Source: Gemmatimonadales bacterium
GTDB lineage: Bacteria > Gemmatimonadota > Gemmatimonadetes > Gemmatimonadales > JACORV01
DNA: 64,000 bases
Direction: 5' to 3'
NCBI GenBank assembly: GCA_049513575.1
Contig: JBEKVZ010000013.1
Span: 22,062 to 86,061, forward strand
The position numbers and the translations under genes are program-made. Below the pieces are notes generated by a model, which was not told the DNA's origin, made no database searches, and saw only the letters and a program-made list of their open reading frames with translations. Position 1 is the first letter of the stretch, and the number at the start of each line of letters is the position of its first letter. Positions 34,476 through 44,186 of the stretch are shown here, piece by piece.

Positions 34476-35285
34476 GTGAGAGCGCCCCTCCCCCTGTGCG
34501 TGCTGCTGCTCGCGGCGCTCCCGGCGAGAGCCAGCGCGCAGCAAACGGACTCCGCGCCCTCGGTGATCCCGGCGTCGCTCAAGGTCCCGGTGTGGCGCCG
34601 CCCGTGGGTGCGGCCGCTGGCCTCGCTGGTCGTACCGGGCTCGGGCCAGTTGCTCGGCGGACGGGACCGCGGGATGGTGTACCTGGCGGCGGAGATCTGG
34701 TTCGTCGCGCGTGCCCTGGCACTCTCGGCGCAGGGGCGCCGCGAGCGGGATCAGTTCATCACCCTCGGGTACGAGGTGGCACGCCAGCCGTTCACCCCGT
34801 ACCGGCTCGATGCCCCGTGGGAGTACTACGAGGCCATGAGCCACTGGGTCGAGAGCGGGCACTACAGCCTGACCACCGCCGCGGGCCCCATCCAGCCCGA
34901 GACGGACACCCTGACGTACAACGGGGCGATGTGGCTGCTGGCGCGGCGCAACTTTCTGACGAACCCCGATTCGATCCCGCCGCCGACCGACCCCGCCTAC
35001 CAGGCAGCGCTCGCCTTCTACCGGCAGCGCGCGTTCGGCGAAGAGTTCCGCTGGAGCTGGAAGGATGCGCGGCTCGAGATGGACGCCTACGCACAGAAGA
35101 TCCGGAGCAGCGACAACGATTTCCGGTTCGCGACCACCTACCTCGGCGCGCTCGTGCTGAACCACCTGGCGAGCGCCGTGGACGCGTTCATCACGCTGCG
35201 CGTGGCGGGCGGCTCCATCCTGCCGCGCACGGGCGTTTCCGGATCCCCGCCGACCTACTATCTGATCTGGACACGGTCCTTCTGA
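34476..35285 (+). CDS. Exported hypothetical protein
   Basis: Signal peptide ending ASA|Q; 'ASLVVPGSGQ' motif related to the 4671-5186 protein. Confidence 0.65.
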   Translation: MRAPLPLCVLLLAALPARASAQQTDSAPSVIPASLKVPVWRRPWVRPLASLVVPGSGQLLGGRDRGMVYLAAEIWFVARALALSAQGRRERDQFITLGYEVARQPFTPYRLDAPWEYYEAMSHWVESGHYSLTTAAGPIQPETDTLTYNGAMWLLARRNFLTNPDSIPPPTDPAYQAALAFYRQRAFGEEFRWSWKDARLEMDAYAQKIRSSDNDFRFATTYLGALVLNHLASAVDAFITLRVAGGSILPRTGVSGSPPTYYLIWTRSF

Positions 35286-35347
35286 GGGCGTCAGCCGTGG
35301 GCGGTAAGGGGTGAGAGGACGTTCTGGCTTCTCACGGGCCGTCAAAA

Positions 35348-35376
35348 TTGACACCCCCCCCGCAGGGGCCTATTTT
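35348..35376 (+). promoter_or_regulatory. sigma70 promoter with a C8 tract in the spacer
   Basis: TTGACA-CCCCCCCCGCAGGGGCC (17 bp)-TATTTT upstream of the GGDEF gene. Confidence 0.7.
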
Positions 35377-35408
35377 GTTGTCTCCTCGCACGTTGCGAGC
35401 TGATACCG

Positions 35409-36374
35409 GTGCGGACGCGGCCCACGATCATCTTCTATTCGCCCGCGGCCCGACCGATGCCGAAGCTGGTGTCGGCATGGATCGCCGGGAAGGGATTCCC
35501 GTTGATCGCGGTCGATGACGCCGCGCAAATCGAGCAGATGACGCTGCGAGCCCTCCCCGCGATGGTGCTGGTGGACGGCGACGGCTCACCGGCGCAGGGG
35601 CGCGCGTTGTGCCAGCGTCTGAAGGCGGATCCGTACACCGCGATCGTCCCGGTGGCGTTCCTGGTGGACGATCACGAGGACGCGAACGTGCACGAGGCCT
35701 TCCGGGCCGGCGCGGACGAGGTTCTGTCGCCGATCTTCGACCCGGAGGAGCAGCGCTCGCGCCTCGACGTCCTGCTGCTCCGGACCGAGCGGAACGTCAG
35801 CGTCCATCCGTCCACACGGCTGCCGGGCACCAATGAGATCGAGCGCGAGATCAAGGTCTTCATGGACGCGGGCGGCCTGTTCGCCGTCTGCTACGCGGAC
35901 CTCGATCACTTCAAGGAGTTCAACGACCGCTATTCGTACTACGACGGCGACCGGGTCATCCTGCTCCTGTCCCGGATCCTCCACGACGTGGTCAAGGGCC
36001 TCTGCGGTCTCAAGGGCTTCGTGGGGCACATCGGCGGCGACGACTTCATCCTGGTGCTGCCGCTCGACTACGCCGCGCCGTGCAGCAGCGAGATCCTGAC
36101 GGTGTTCGACACGCTGATCCCGTTCCAGTACTCGGAGCAGGACCAGCGGGCGGGATATTTCTTCGGCAAGGACCGGCGCGGGCAGCTGCACAAGGTGCCG
36201 TTCATGACGCTGTCCATCGGCATCGTGACCAACGAGCGCAGGCGCTTCACCCACCCCGCGCAGGTGAGCGCGCTTGCGACCGAGATGAAGAGCTACGCCA
36301 AGACGCTTCCGGGGTCGGTGTTCGTCTTCGACCGGCGCTCCGACCCGGAGAAGGAAGAGGAATCCGGTAGATGA
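35409..36374 (+). CDS. Receiver-like domain plus GGDEF diguanylate cyclase
   Basis: Degenerate REC domain; 'DLDHFKEFND' and 'HIGGDDF'. Confidence 0.85.
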   Translation: MRTRPTIIFYSPAARPMPKLVSAWIAGKGFPLIAVDDAAQIEQMTLRALPAMVLVDGDGSPAQGRALCQRLKADPYTAIVPVAFLVDDHEDANVHEAFRAGADEVLSPIFDPEEQRSRLDVLLLRTERNVSVHPSTRLPGTNEIEREIKVFMDAGGLFAVCYADLDHFKEFNDRYSYYDGDRVILLLSRILHDVVKGLCGLKGFVGHIGGDDFILVLPLDYAAPCSSEILTVFDTLIPFQYSEQDQRAGYFFGKDRRGQLHKVPFMTLSIGIVTNERRRFTHPAQVSALATEMKSYAKTLPGSVFVFDRRSDPEKEEESGR

Positions 36375-37366
36375 ACGCGACCTGTCCGAGCTGTCAGACG
36401 GTCTTCCGCGTGGATCCGGCGAAGGTGCCGGCGGGCGGCGTTCGTGCCCGGTGCTCGGTGTGCCGCACGGTGTTCTCCGTCGGTGTCGTGGCGGCGGGCG
36501 CGAGCGCGGCGGCTGCGCCAGAGCGGATGCCGGAGGCAACGCCGGCGGCTCTGCCGAGCCCCCCGCCCGCGCCGCGCGTCGCGGCGCGGGCACCCACGGC
36601 CACGATGCCGTTCGCGGCCCCCCCGCCGCGGTTCTCGGTCCCGGCCGTGCCGCCGATGACCGCGCCTCCGCCGCGGCCGGCTGCGCCGATTGCCACGGCT
36701 CCGGCCGCACCGTTCGCGCCTCCGCCGCGGCCGGCTGCACCTCCGCCCGCGCCGCCCGTGATGCCTCCGCCGGCCGCGCTCGCGCCGATGCCATCGCCGC
36801 CCCCGGCGCCGCCCGTTGCGGCGATGCCCGCGCCCCCTCCACCGCCTCCGCCTGTGGTCGAGGCCCCTCCGCCTGTGGTCGAGCCGCCTCCACCTGTGAT
36901 CGAGGTGCCTCCGCCTGTGGTCGAGGCGCCTCCGCCTGTGGTCGAGGCGCCGGCGCCCATGCCGACGATGGCCGCGGCCGCGCCGGCCCCCCCCGCCACG
37001 CCGGTCGCGCCGCCACCCAAGCTCGAGCCGCCGACGCTCGTCACGCCGGCCATCCCGGTGGGAGAGCCCAAGCGCGGGACCATCCCCGGCACGCCCGGCC
37101 GGATCATCAACCCGTTCCTGGTGCAGGACCCGTCGGTGAAGGCGCGCCGCCTCGCGCGGGCGCTCATCTCGGACATGATCTCCTACCACCCCGCCAAGCG
37201 CGCCCAGGGGCTGAAGGACGGCACGCTCAAGGACATTTTCCGCGAAGAGATCAAGAAGAGCTACGAGGAGTACGTGCTCCAGGTCGGCGAGGGGACGGCC
37301 AAGAACACGACGCACTTCAACGACGCCCTGAACGAGATCCTCGCCGGGGGGCAGAAGCTCTTTTGA
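36371..37366 (+). CDS. Zinc-ribbon (MJ0042-type) protein with Pro-rich linker and helical C-terminal domain
   Basis: 'CPSCQTVFRVD...RARCSVCRTVF'; long Pro/Ala linker; 'ARRLARALISDMISY'. Confidence 0.8.
   Translation: MNATCPSCQTVFRVDPAKVPAGGVRARCSVCRTVFSVGVVAAGASAAAAPERMPEATPAALPSPPPAPRVAARAPTATMPFAAPPPRFSVPAVPPMTAPPPRPAAPIATAPAAPFAPPPRPAAPPPAPPVMPPPAALAPMPSPPPAPPVAAMPAPPPPPPPVVEAPPPVVEPPPPVIEVPPPVVEAPPPVVEAPAPMPTMAAAAPAPPATPVAPPPKLEPPTLVTPAIPVGEPKRGTIPGTPGRIINPFLVQDPSVKARRLARALISDMISYHPAKRAQGLKDGTLKDIFREEIKKSYEEYVLQVGEGTAKNTTHFNDALNEILAGGQKLF
36845..36949 (+). repeat. 21-bp in-frame tandem repeat x5 (PPPVVEA)
   Basis: cctccgcctgtggtcgagNNN units, read directly. Confidence 0.9.
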
Positions 37367-37959
37367 TGCGCATCCTGGCGCTCGCGATCGCGGCCTATCT
37401 CATCGGGTCGCTGCCGAGCGCGTTCGTCGTGGTCCGGCTCTCCCGGGGCACGGACCTCAGGGCCGTCGACAGCGGCAGCGTCGGTGCGTTGAACGCCTTC
37501 CGCGCCACCGGCGCCGGCTGGGTCGGTGTGGTGGTGCTCATCCTCGACGTCGGCAAGGGGATGCTCGCCGTGATACTGGCGGGCGACGGCGCCGGGCTCC
37601 CGACGCTCGCCATGGTCACGGCCCTCGCGGTCGCCGGCCACAACTGGCCGATCTGGCTGGGCGGCAAGGGAGGCAAGGGGCTCGCCACCGCCGCGGGAGC
37701 GCTCACGCTGGTCACTCCGCTCAGCGTGCCGCTGTGGGGCGTGATCTGGGCCCTGGGGTACGTCGCCTCCGGCTACATCGCCTTCGGGACGATCGTGGCG
37801 ACCGCGCTCCTCCCCGTGGCGCTCGGCATCATCGCCGGGTGGGCCTACGGCCTCGCGGCCCTGCCGACGGCGGTCCTCGTCCTGGCCCGCCACCGCGAGA
37901 AGATGCGGCGCCTCCTGCTCGGCGCCGAGCCCAAACACTACTGGCGTGGCGGGGTGTAA
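37366..37959 (+). CDS. plsY: Glycerol-3-phosphate acyltransferase PlsY
   Basis: YLIGSLP, 'SGSVGALNAFR', DVGKG and 'GHNWPIW..GKGGKGLAT'. Confidence 0.88.
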   Translation: MRILALAIAAYLIGSLPSAFVVVRLSRGTDLRAVDSGSVGALNAFRATGAGWVGVVVLILDVGKGMLAVILAGDGAGLPTLAMVTALAVAGHNWPIWLGGKGGKGLATAAGALTLVTPLSVPLWGVIWALGYVASGYIAFGTIVATALLPVALGIIAGWAYGLAALPTAVLVLARHREKMRRLLLGAEPKHYWRGGV

Positions 37960-38003
37960 CCTCTTACCTTTCCTTGCGTTACTTAACTCCGAGTGGACTT
38001 GGG

Positions 38004-39114
38004 ATGATCGCCACCGCAGTCCGTGATACGCTCCGCGACCTGGACAGCCGCCTCACCGAACTCAGGGGCTATCTTTGACGTCGAATCCAAGGTAGCCCGG
38101 CAGGCCGTCCTCGAAGCCGCGATGGCCAAGCCCGGCTTCTGGGACAACGCCGATTCCGCCCGCAGGACCGTCGAGGAAGTCAAAGCACTGAACCGGTGGA
38201 CCCAGCCGTACCAGGACGTGCGGCGGCGGGTCGATCACGCGCGCGAGCTGGCCGACCTGCTGGAGCACGAGTCGGACGCGGAGATCGAGCGGGAGCTGGA
38301 GACCGAGGCGGCGGAGCTCACGCGTGAGGTCGAGCAGCTGGTGCTGCAGGCGATGCTGCAGGGGCCCGAGGACCAGCTCGACGCGCTGCTGACGATCCAC
38401 CCGGGCGCGGGTGGGACGGAATCGCAGGACTGGGCCGAGATGCTGATGCGGATGTACCGGCGGTGGGCGGAGCGGAAGGGCTACGCGGTGGGCGTGCTCG
38501 ACCTGCTGGCGGGCGAGGAGGCGGGGATCAAGTCCGTCTCGTTGGAGGTGAAGGGGCAGTACGCGTTCGGCTTCCTGAAGGCGGAGAAGGGCGTGCACCG
38601 GCTGGTGCGCATCTCGCCGTTCGACGCGCAGGCGCGGCGCCATACCTCATTCGCCTCGGTCTTCGTCTACCCGCTGGTGGACGACACGATCGAGATCGAC
38701 CTGCGGGACGAGGACATCAAGATGGACGTGTTCCGCGCGTCGGGCGCCGGCGGGCAGCACGTGAACAAGACCTCGTCCGCGGTGCGGCTCACGCACCTGC
38801 CGACGGGGATCGTCGTCTCGTGCCAGCAGGAGCGCAGCCAGCACAAGAACAAGGCGACGGCGATGAAGATGCTGAAGGCGGCGCTCTACCAGCGCGCCCT
38901 CGACGAGCAGGAGAAGAAGCGGCAGGTGATCGAGGCGACGAAGACGGACAATTCGTGGGGGAACCAGATCCGGTCGTACGTGTTCCAGCCCTATACGATG
39001 GTCAACGACCACCGGACGGAGCTCAAGGTGGGCGACGTGCAGCGGGTGATGGACGGGGACATCGATCCGTTCATCGAGGCGTACCTCAAGCGGTTCGGGC
39101 GGACGGCCAGATGA
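38004..39114 (+). CDS. prfB: Peptide chain release factor 2 with programmed +1 frameshift (join 38004..38075, 38077..39114)
   Basis: SPF and GGQ motifs in the second frame; internal SD AGGGG then TAT CTT TGA C at 38064-38079. Confidence 0.97.
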
Positions 39115-40616
39115 GCGAGAAGACGGCGGAGCGCACCTTCGTGGAGCTGGCGCGGCGCGACAAATTGGCCGAGCTCAGGACCCGCGGCGTGGAGCCGTTC
39201 GCCTACCGGTTCGCGCGCACGCACACGGCGGCCGAGGCGCTGGCCGCGCTGCCGGCCTCGGGCGAGGGGCCGACGGTGTCCGTCGCCGGCCGCCTCGTGG
39301 CGCTCCGGGCGCACGGCAAGACGACGTTCGCGCACCTGGCCGACGCGACCGGGCGCGTGCAGCTCTACTTCCGGCAGGACGAGCTGGGCGCGGAGACGTA
39401 CGAGCTGCTGGAGCTCTTGGACCTCGGCGACCATCTCGGCGTCGAGGGCCCGCTGTTCCGCACGCGCACGGGGGAGACGACGGTGCGCGCGGCGCGCTTC
39501 ACCCTGCTGGCCAAGGCGCTGCGACCGCTGCCGCTGGGCAAGAGCGTGACGCGGGCGGACGGCACGGTGGAGCAGCACTCGGAGCTGTCGGACCCGGAGC
39601 AGCGCTACCGCCAGCGTTACGCCGATCTGGCGGTGCACGCCGAGCGGCGCGTCGTCTTCGAGAAGCGCTCGGCCATCGTCCGCGCCATCCGCCGGTTCCT
39701 CGACGCGCACGGCTTCCTCGAGGTGGAGACGCCGATCCTGCAGCCGCTGTACGGCGGGGCGTCGGCGCGGCCCTTCGTGACGCGCTACAAGGCCCTCGAC
39801 GCGGACTTCTATCTCCGCATCGCCGACGAGCTGTACCTGAAGCGGCTGATCGTGGGCGGGTGCGAGCGGGTCTACGAGATCGGCAAGGACTTCCGCAACG
39901 AGGGGATGGACCGGCTGCACAACCCCGAGTTCACGATGCTCGAGGCATACCAGGCGTACGCCGACTATCTGGACGTGCTGGAGTGGACGCAGCAGCTGAT
40001 CGTCGACGTCGTGCGGGAGGTGACCGGCGGCCTGGTGGTCGAGGCGAAGGGGCGCCCGATCGATCTCGCGCCGCCGTGGCGCCGGGTGCCGTTCGTGGAG
40101 CTGTTCCGCGAGCACGCCGGCGTCGACCTCCGGGCGGCCGACGCGACGGCGCTGGAGCGGGAAGTGCGGAGGTGCGGGCTCGAGCCCGAGACGGCGGCCG
40201 GCCGCGGGCGACTGATCAACCAGCTCTTCGGCGCGGCGGTGGAGCCCAAGCTGGAGGCGCCGGTCTTCATCCTGGACTTCCCGATCGAGATGTCGCCGCT
40301 CGCCAAGCCGAAGCGGGGCGACCCGCTCTTCGCCGAGCGCTTCGAGCTGTTCATCGGCGGTTACGAGATGGCCAACGCCTTCTCCGAGCTGAACGACCCG
40401 GACGACCAGCGCCGCCGCTTCGAGGCGCAGGCCGCGCTCCGGGCGGCGGGGGACGAGGAGGCGCAGGTCCTGGACGAGGACTATCTGCGCGCCCTCGAGT
40501 ACGGGATGCCCCCGACCGGCGGGATGGGGCTGGGGATCGACCGTCTGACGATGCTGGTGACCGGCGTCCGCTCGATTCGCGACGCGATCCTCTTTCCGGC
40601 GCTGAGACCCGAGTGA
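39111..40616 (+). CDS. lysS: Lysine--tRNA ligase (class II)
   Basis: YRQRYADL, GGASARPF, FRNEGMDRLHNPEF, LEYGMPPTGGMGLGIDRL. Confidence 0.97.
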   Translation: MSEKTAERTFVELARRDKLAELRTRGVEPFAYRFARTHTAAEALAALPASGEGPTVSVAGRLVALRAHGKTTFAHLADATGRVQLYFRQDELGAETYELLELLDLGDHLGVEGPLFRTRTGETTVRAARFTLLAKALRPLPLGKSVTRADGTVEQHSELSDPEQRYRQRYADLAVHAERRVVFEKRSAIVRAIRRFLDAHGFLEVETPILQPLYGGASARPFVTRYKALDADFYLRIADELYLKRLIVGGCERVYEIGKDFRNEGMDRLHNPEFTMLEAYQAYADYLDVLEWTQQLIVDVVREVTGGLVVEAKGRPIDLAPPWRRVPFVELFREHAGVDLRAADATALEREVRRCGLEPETAAGRGRLINQLFGAAVEPKLEAPVFILDFPIEMSPLAKPKRGDPLFAERFELFIGGYEMANAFSELNDPDDQRRRFEAQAALRAAGDEEAQVLDEDYLRALEYGMPPTGGMGLGIDRLTMLVTGVRSIRDAILFPALRPE

Positions 40617-41863
40617 GCGGCGTCGAGTGGTGGATCGCGGGGCGCTATCTGCGGAGCCGGCGTGCGTCCCGGTTCGTCTCGCTGATCACGCTCATCGCGG
40701 TGTCGGGGGTGGCGCTCGGGGTGATGGCGCTGATCGTCGTCATCGGCGTGATGAGCGGCCTGCAGCGCGACCTGCGGGAGAAGATCCTGGTCGCCAACCC
40801 GCACCTCCGCGTGCTCACCTACGGGGAGGGGCTGCGGATCGACAGCTGGGCCAAGGTGCTCGCGACGGTGCAGCGCGACCCGCACGTGGTGGCGGCCGCG
40901 CCGTTCGTCCTGTCGCAGGGGCTCCTGTCGGCCGGCCACGACTACGCCGAAGGGGTCGCGGTGATCGGGATGGAGCGGGACACGGGCCGCGCCGCCGTCA
41001 CCGGGCTGGCGAAGAGCTTCGTGAGCGGCGACCTCCGGTTCGCGACGCGCGCGAGCGACGTGGACGGCGGGGTGGTGGTCGGCCGGCGTCTCGCCCAGCG
41101 GTTCAGCGTGTATGCCGGCAGCGTGGTGACGCTGATCTCGCCGGCGGGCTCGAAGTTCAATCCGGCGATCGGCGCGCTCGTGCCGCGCTACTGGCGCTTC
41201 GAAGTCACCGGCCTGTTCGACACCGGGATGTACGAGTACGACAACTCGTACGTCGTGATGCCGCGGGAGGTCGCCCAGCGCTTCGCCGCGCTCGGCAGCG
41301 CCGTGACCGGCATCGAGGTCCGGGTGCAGGACCCGTGGAAGGCCGGGGAGGTGGCGCGCGAGCTGGAGACGCGCCTCGGCTACCCGTATCGCGCGCTCGA
41401 CTGGTCGGCGCAGAACTCGCAGCTCTTCTCCGCGCTGAAGCTGGAGAAGCTGGCGATGGCGGTGATCCTCCTCCTGATCGTGCTGGTGGCCGCGTTCAAC
41501 ATCGTCTCCACCCTCACGATGACGGTGGGCGACCGCACCAAGGAGATCGGCATCCTGCGCGCGATGGGGATGACGGCGGGCCAGATCCGCCGGATCTTCG
41601 TGACGCAGGGGGTCGTGGTCGGGGTGGTGGGGACGGCCGTGGGCGCGGTCGGCGGCGTGCTCCTCGCGGCCGCGGTGGGCACGTACCACCTCGTCTCGCT
41701 CGACCCCACGGTCTACTTCATCGATCACCTGCCCGTGGACCTGGCGCCGGCGGACGTGCTGACCGTGATCGTCGCGAGCCTGGCGATCGCGGCGCTCGCC
41801 ACCGTCTATCCCTCGAGCCAGGCGGCCAAGCTCGAGCCGGTCGAGGCGATCCGGCACGAATGA
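40613..41863 (+). CDS. lolE: Lipoprotein-releasing ABC transporter permease LolC/E
   Basis: 'IAGRYLRSRR..FVSLIT', 'VAAFNIVSTL..V..RTKEIGILRAMG', 'PVEAIRHE'. Confidence 0.92.
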   Translation: MSGVEWWIAGRYLRSRRASRFVSLITLIAVSGVALGVMALIVVIGVMSGLQRDLREKILVANPHLRVLTYGEGLRIDSWAKVLATVQRDPHVVAAAPFVLSQGLLSAGHDYAEGVAVIGMERDTGRAAVTGLAKSFVSGDLRFATRASDVDGGVVVGRRLAQRFSVYAGSVVTLISPAGSKFNPAIGALVPRYWRFEVTGLFDTGMYEYDNSYVVMPREVAQRFAALGSAVTGIEVRVQDPWKAGEVARELETRLGYPYRALDWSAQNSQLFSALKLEKLAMAVILLLIVLVAAFNIVSTLTMTVGDRTKEIGILRAMGMTAGQIRRIFVTQGVVVGVVGTAVGAVGGVLLAAAVGTYHLVSLDPTVYFIDHLPVDLAPADVLTVIVASLAIAALATVYPSSQAAKLEPVEAIRHE

Positions 41864-42561
41864 AGGCGCTCCTGGAGGTCCGCGGGCTCCGGAAGCGGTA
41901 TCCGTCGGGGGACGCCGGCTTCCTCGACGTGCTGCTCGGCGTGGACCTCACGCTGGCGCGGGGGGAGGTGGTCGCGGTCGTGGGGGCCAGCGGCTCGGGG
42001 AAGAGCACGCTGCTCCACCTGCTGGGGGCGCTCGACGCGCCGACCGACGGCGAGATCCTGCTCGACGGGACGGCATACGGGTCGCTGTCGGACGGGGCGC
42101 TGGCCGATCTCAGGAACCGGCGGCTGGGGTTCGTCTTCCAGTTCCACCACCTGCTGCGGGAGTTCAGCGCGCTGGAGAACGTGATGATGCCGCTCCGGAT
42201 CTCCGGATGGAGCGCAGCCCGCGCGCGCTCGCGCGCCGAGGAGCTGCTGGCGGCGGTGGGGCTCGCGGGGCGGATGACCCATCGCCCGGCGGCGCTGTCG
42301 GGCGGGGAGCAGCAGCGCTGCGCGGTGGCGCGGGCGCTGGTGCACGATCCCGCGATGGTGCTGGCCGACGAGCCCACGGGGAACCTCGACCACGCCAACG
42401 GCGTCATGCTCGCCGACCTGTTCTTCCGCCTGGCGAGGGAGCTGGAGACGGCGGTGATGATCGTGACTCACAACCGCCAGCTGGCGCAGCGCGCCGACCG
42501 GGTGCTGCTGCTGGACGAGGGGCGCGTGGCGCTGGTGAAGGAAGTGGAGGCGTTGCCCTGA
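41860..42561 (+). CDS. lolD: Lipoprotein-releasing ABC transporter ATPase
   Basis: GASGSGKST, 'GFVFQFHHLL' LolD motif, LSGGEQQR, DEPTGNLD. Confidence 0.93.
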   Translation: MKALLEVRGLRKRYPSGDAGFLDVLLGVDLTLARGEVVAVVGASGSGKSTLLHLLGALDAPTDGEILLDGTAYGSLSDGALADLRNRRLGFVFQFHHLLREFSALENVMMPLRISGWSAARARSRAEELLAAVGLAGRMTHRPAALSGGEQQRCAVARALVHDPAMVLADEPTGNLDHANGVMLADLFFRLARELETAVMIVTHNRQLAQRADRVLLLDEGRVALVKEVEALP

Positions 42562-43073
42562 TGCTGTGCGACAACTGCAGCGAGCGCGAGGCCCAGATCC
42601 ACCTCACGCAGATCGTCAACAACAGCGTGACGACGCTGCACCTGTGCGAGCAGTGCGCGGCGGAGAAAGGCGTGGAGACCGGCGCGAGCGTCGCGAAGTT
42701 CCCGCTCGGCGACTTCCTCGCGTCGCTGGGGAAGACCGGGGGCGGGGAGCAGGCCGAGGTCGCGCCCGGCGTGGCCTGTCCCTTCTGCGGCGGCACGCTG
42801 AAGGACTTCCGGGAAACGGGGCGGCTGGGGTGCGCGATGTGCTACACGACGTTCGAGCCCCACCTGCGCGACCTGCTGCGGCGCCTTCACGGCAGCTCGC
42901 GGCACGCCGGCGAGCAGTACGCCGCCACGCCGGGCGCGCCCGTTCCGGAGTCGCCCGCGGAGACCGGGTCGCGCGAGGTGGGCGACCTGCGCGAGAAGCT
43001 GCGGCGCGCCGTCGAAGCCGAGAATTTCGAGCTGGCCGCCGAGCTCAGGGACAGGCTCAAGGTGCTCGAATGA
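42561..43073 (+). CDS. mcsA: McsA (CxxC zinc fingers plus UVR domain)
   Basis: Four CxxC pairs, 'GRLGCAMCY..F', 'AVEAENFELAAELRDRLK'. Confidence 0.92.
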   Translation: MLCDNCSEREAQIHLTQIVNNSVTTLHLCEQCAAEKGVETGASVAKFPLGDFLASLGKTGGGEQAEVAPGVACPFCGGTLKDFRETGRLGCAMCYTTFEPHLRDLLRRLHGSSRHAGEQYAATPGAPVPESPAETGSREVGDLREKLRRAVEAENFELAAELRDRLKVLE

Positions 43074-44152
43074 TCGACCTCGCGCTGATCCCGGACGGCG
43101 GGCTGAGCTGGCTCGACGCCAGCGGGCCGGTGTCGAACATCGTCCTCTCGACGCGGGTGCGGTTGGCGCGCAACCTCACGACCTTCCCCTTCGCGGTGCG
43201 CGGCCGCGAGGAGGACCGCCGCCGCGTGCTCGAGCAGGTGGACCGGGTCTGGCAGCGCTCGCCGCTCTCGAAGGGCGGGATGCGGTTCCTCGTGGACGAC
43301 CTGGAGCCGGCCGACCGCCTGCTCCTGCACGAGCGCCACCTCATCAGCAAGGAGCTGGCCTCGGCGACGGGCCACGGCGGGGGCCGGAGCCACGCCGCGG
43401 TCTACCTGGCGGGCCCGCTCGGCCTGATGGTGAACGAGGAGGACCACCTGCGGCTGCAGGTGTTCCATTCGGGATTCGCCCTGGGCACCGCGTATGCCGA
43501 TTTGGAGCGCCTGGATCGCGAGCTCGGGGCCGCACTTCCCGTCGCCTTCCACCAGGAGTTTGGCTATCTTACGGCCTGTCCGACCAACGCGGGCACGGGG
43601 CTTCGGGCATCCGTCCTGATCCACCTGCCCGGGCTGGTCCTGACCAAGGAGATCGCGAAGGTCCTGCAGGGGCTGTCGCAGGTCGGCCTCACCTTCCGCG
43701 GGCTCTACGGCGAGGGCAGCGAGGTGGTCGGCAACTTCTTCCAGCTGTCGAACCAGACGACGCTGGGCAAGTCGGAGGAGGAGTTGCTGGACCACCTGGG
43801 CAAGATCGTCCGCCAGGTGGTGACGTACGAGGAGCAGGCGCGGCAGGTCCTGCTCCGGGACGCGCCGACGATCATCGAGGACAAGGTGTGGCGGGCGTAC
43901 GCGCTGCTCCGGTACGCGCGCAGCCTCTCGTTCGAAGAGGCGATGAATCTGCTCTCGGGGGTGCGGCTGGGTGTCGGGCTGAACCTGATCCCGCGGCTGA
44001 GTGTATACACGCTGAACAAGCTGTTGATCTACACGCAGCCCGCCCATCTCGCTGCTCTCGACGTGCGTGCGCCCAAGGACCAGGAGCAGCGTGCCGCGCG
44101 AGCGGCGTATGTGCGTCAGGTCCTCGAGGACGAGGCCGCGCGGGCGGGATGA
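43070..44152 (+). CDS. mcsB: Protein arginine kinase McsB
   Basis: STRVRLARN, MVNEEDHLR, 'GYLTACPTNAGTGLRASV', 'RGLYGEGS'. Confidence 0.95.
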   Translation: MIDLALIPDGGLSWLDASGPVSNIVLSTRVRLARNLTTFPFAVRGREEDRRRVLEQVDRVWQRSPLSKGGMRFLVDDLEPADRLLLHERHLISKELASATGHGGGRSHAAVYLAGPLGLMVNEEDHLRLQVFHSGFALGTAYADLERLDRELGAALPVAFHQEFGYLTACPTNAGTGLRASVLIHLPGLVLTKEIAKVLQGLSQVGLTFRGLYGEGSEVVGNFFQLSNQTTLGKSEEELLDHLGKIVRQVVTYEEQARQVLLRDAPTIIEDKVWRAYALLRYARSLSFEEAMNLLSGVRLGVGLNLIPRLSVYTLNKLLIYTQPAHLAALDVRAPKDQEQRAARAAYVRQVLEDEAARAG

Positions 44153-44186
44153 CCGGCAGGCATTTGGGAGGAGACGAGGCTCCAGG

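Noticed and set aside
35409-36374. Hypr-type GGDEF (cGAMP synthase)
   Set aside because: The guanine-specifying Asp appears retained (NDRYSYYDGD) rather than replaced by Ser/Thr, so an ordinary diguanylate cyclase is more likely.
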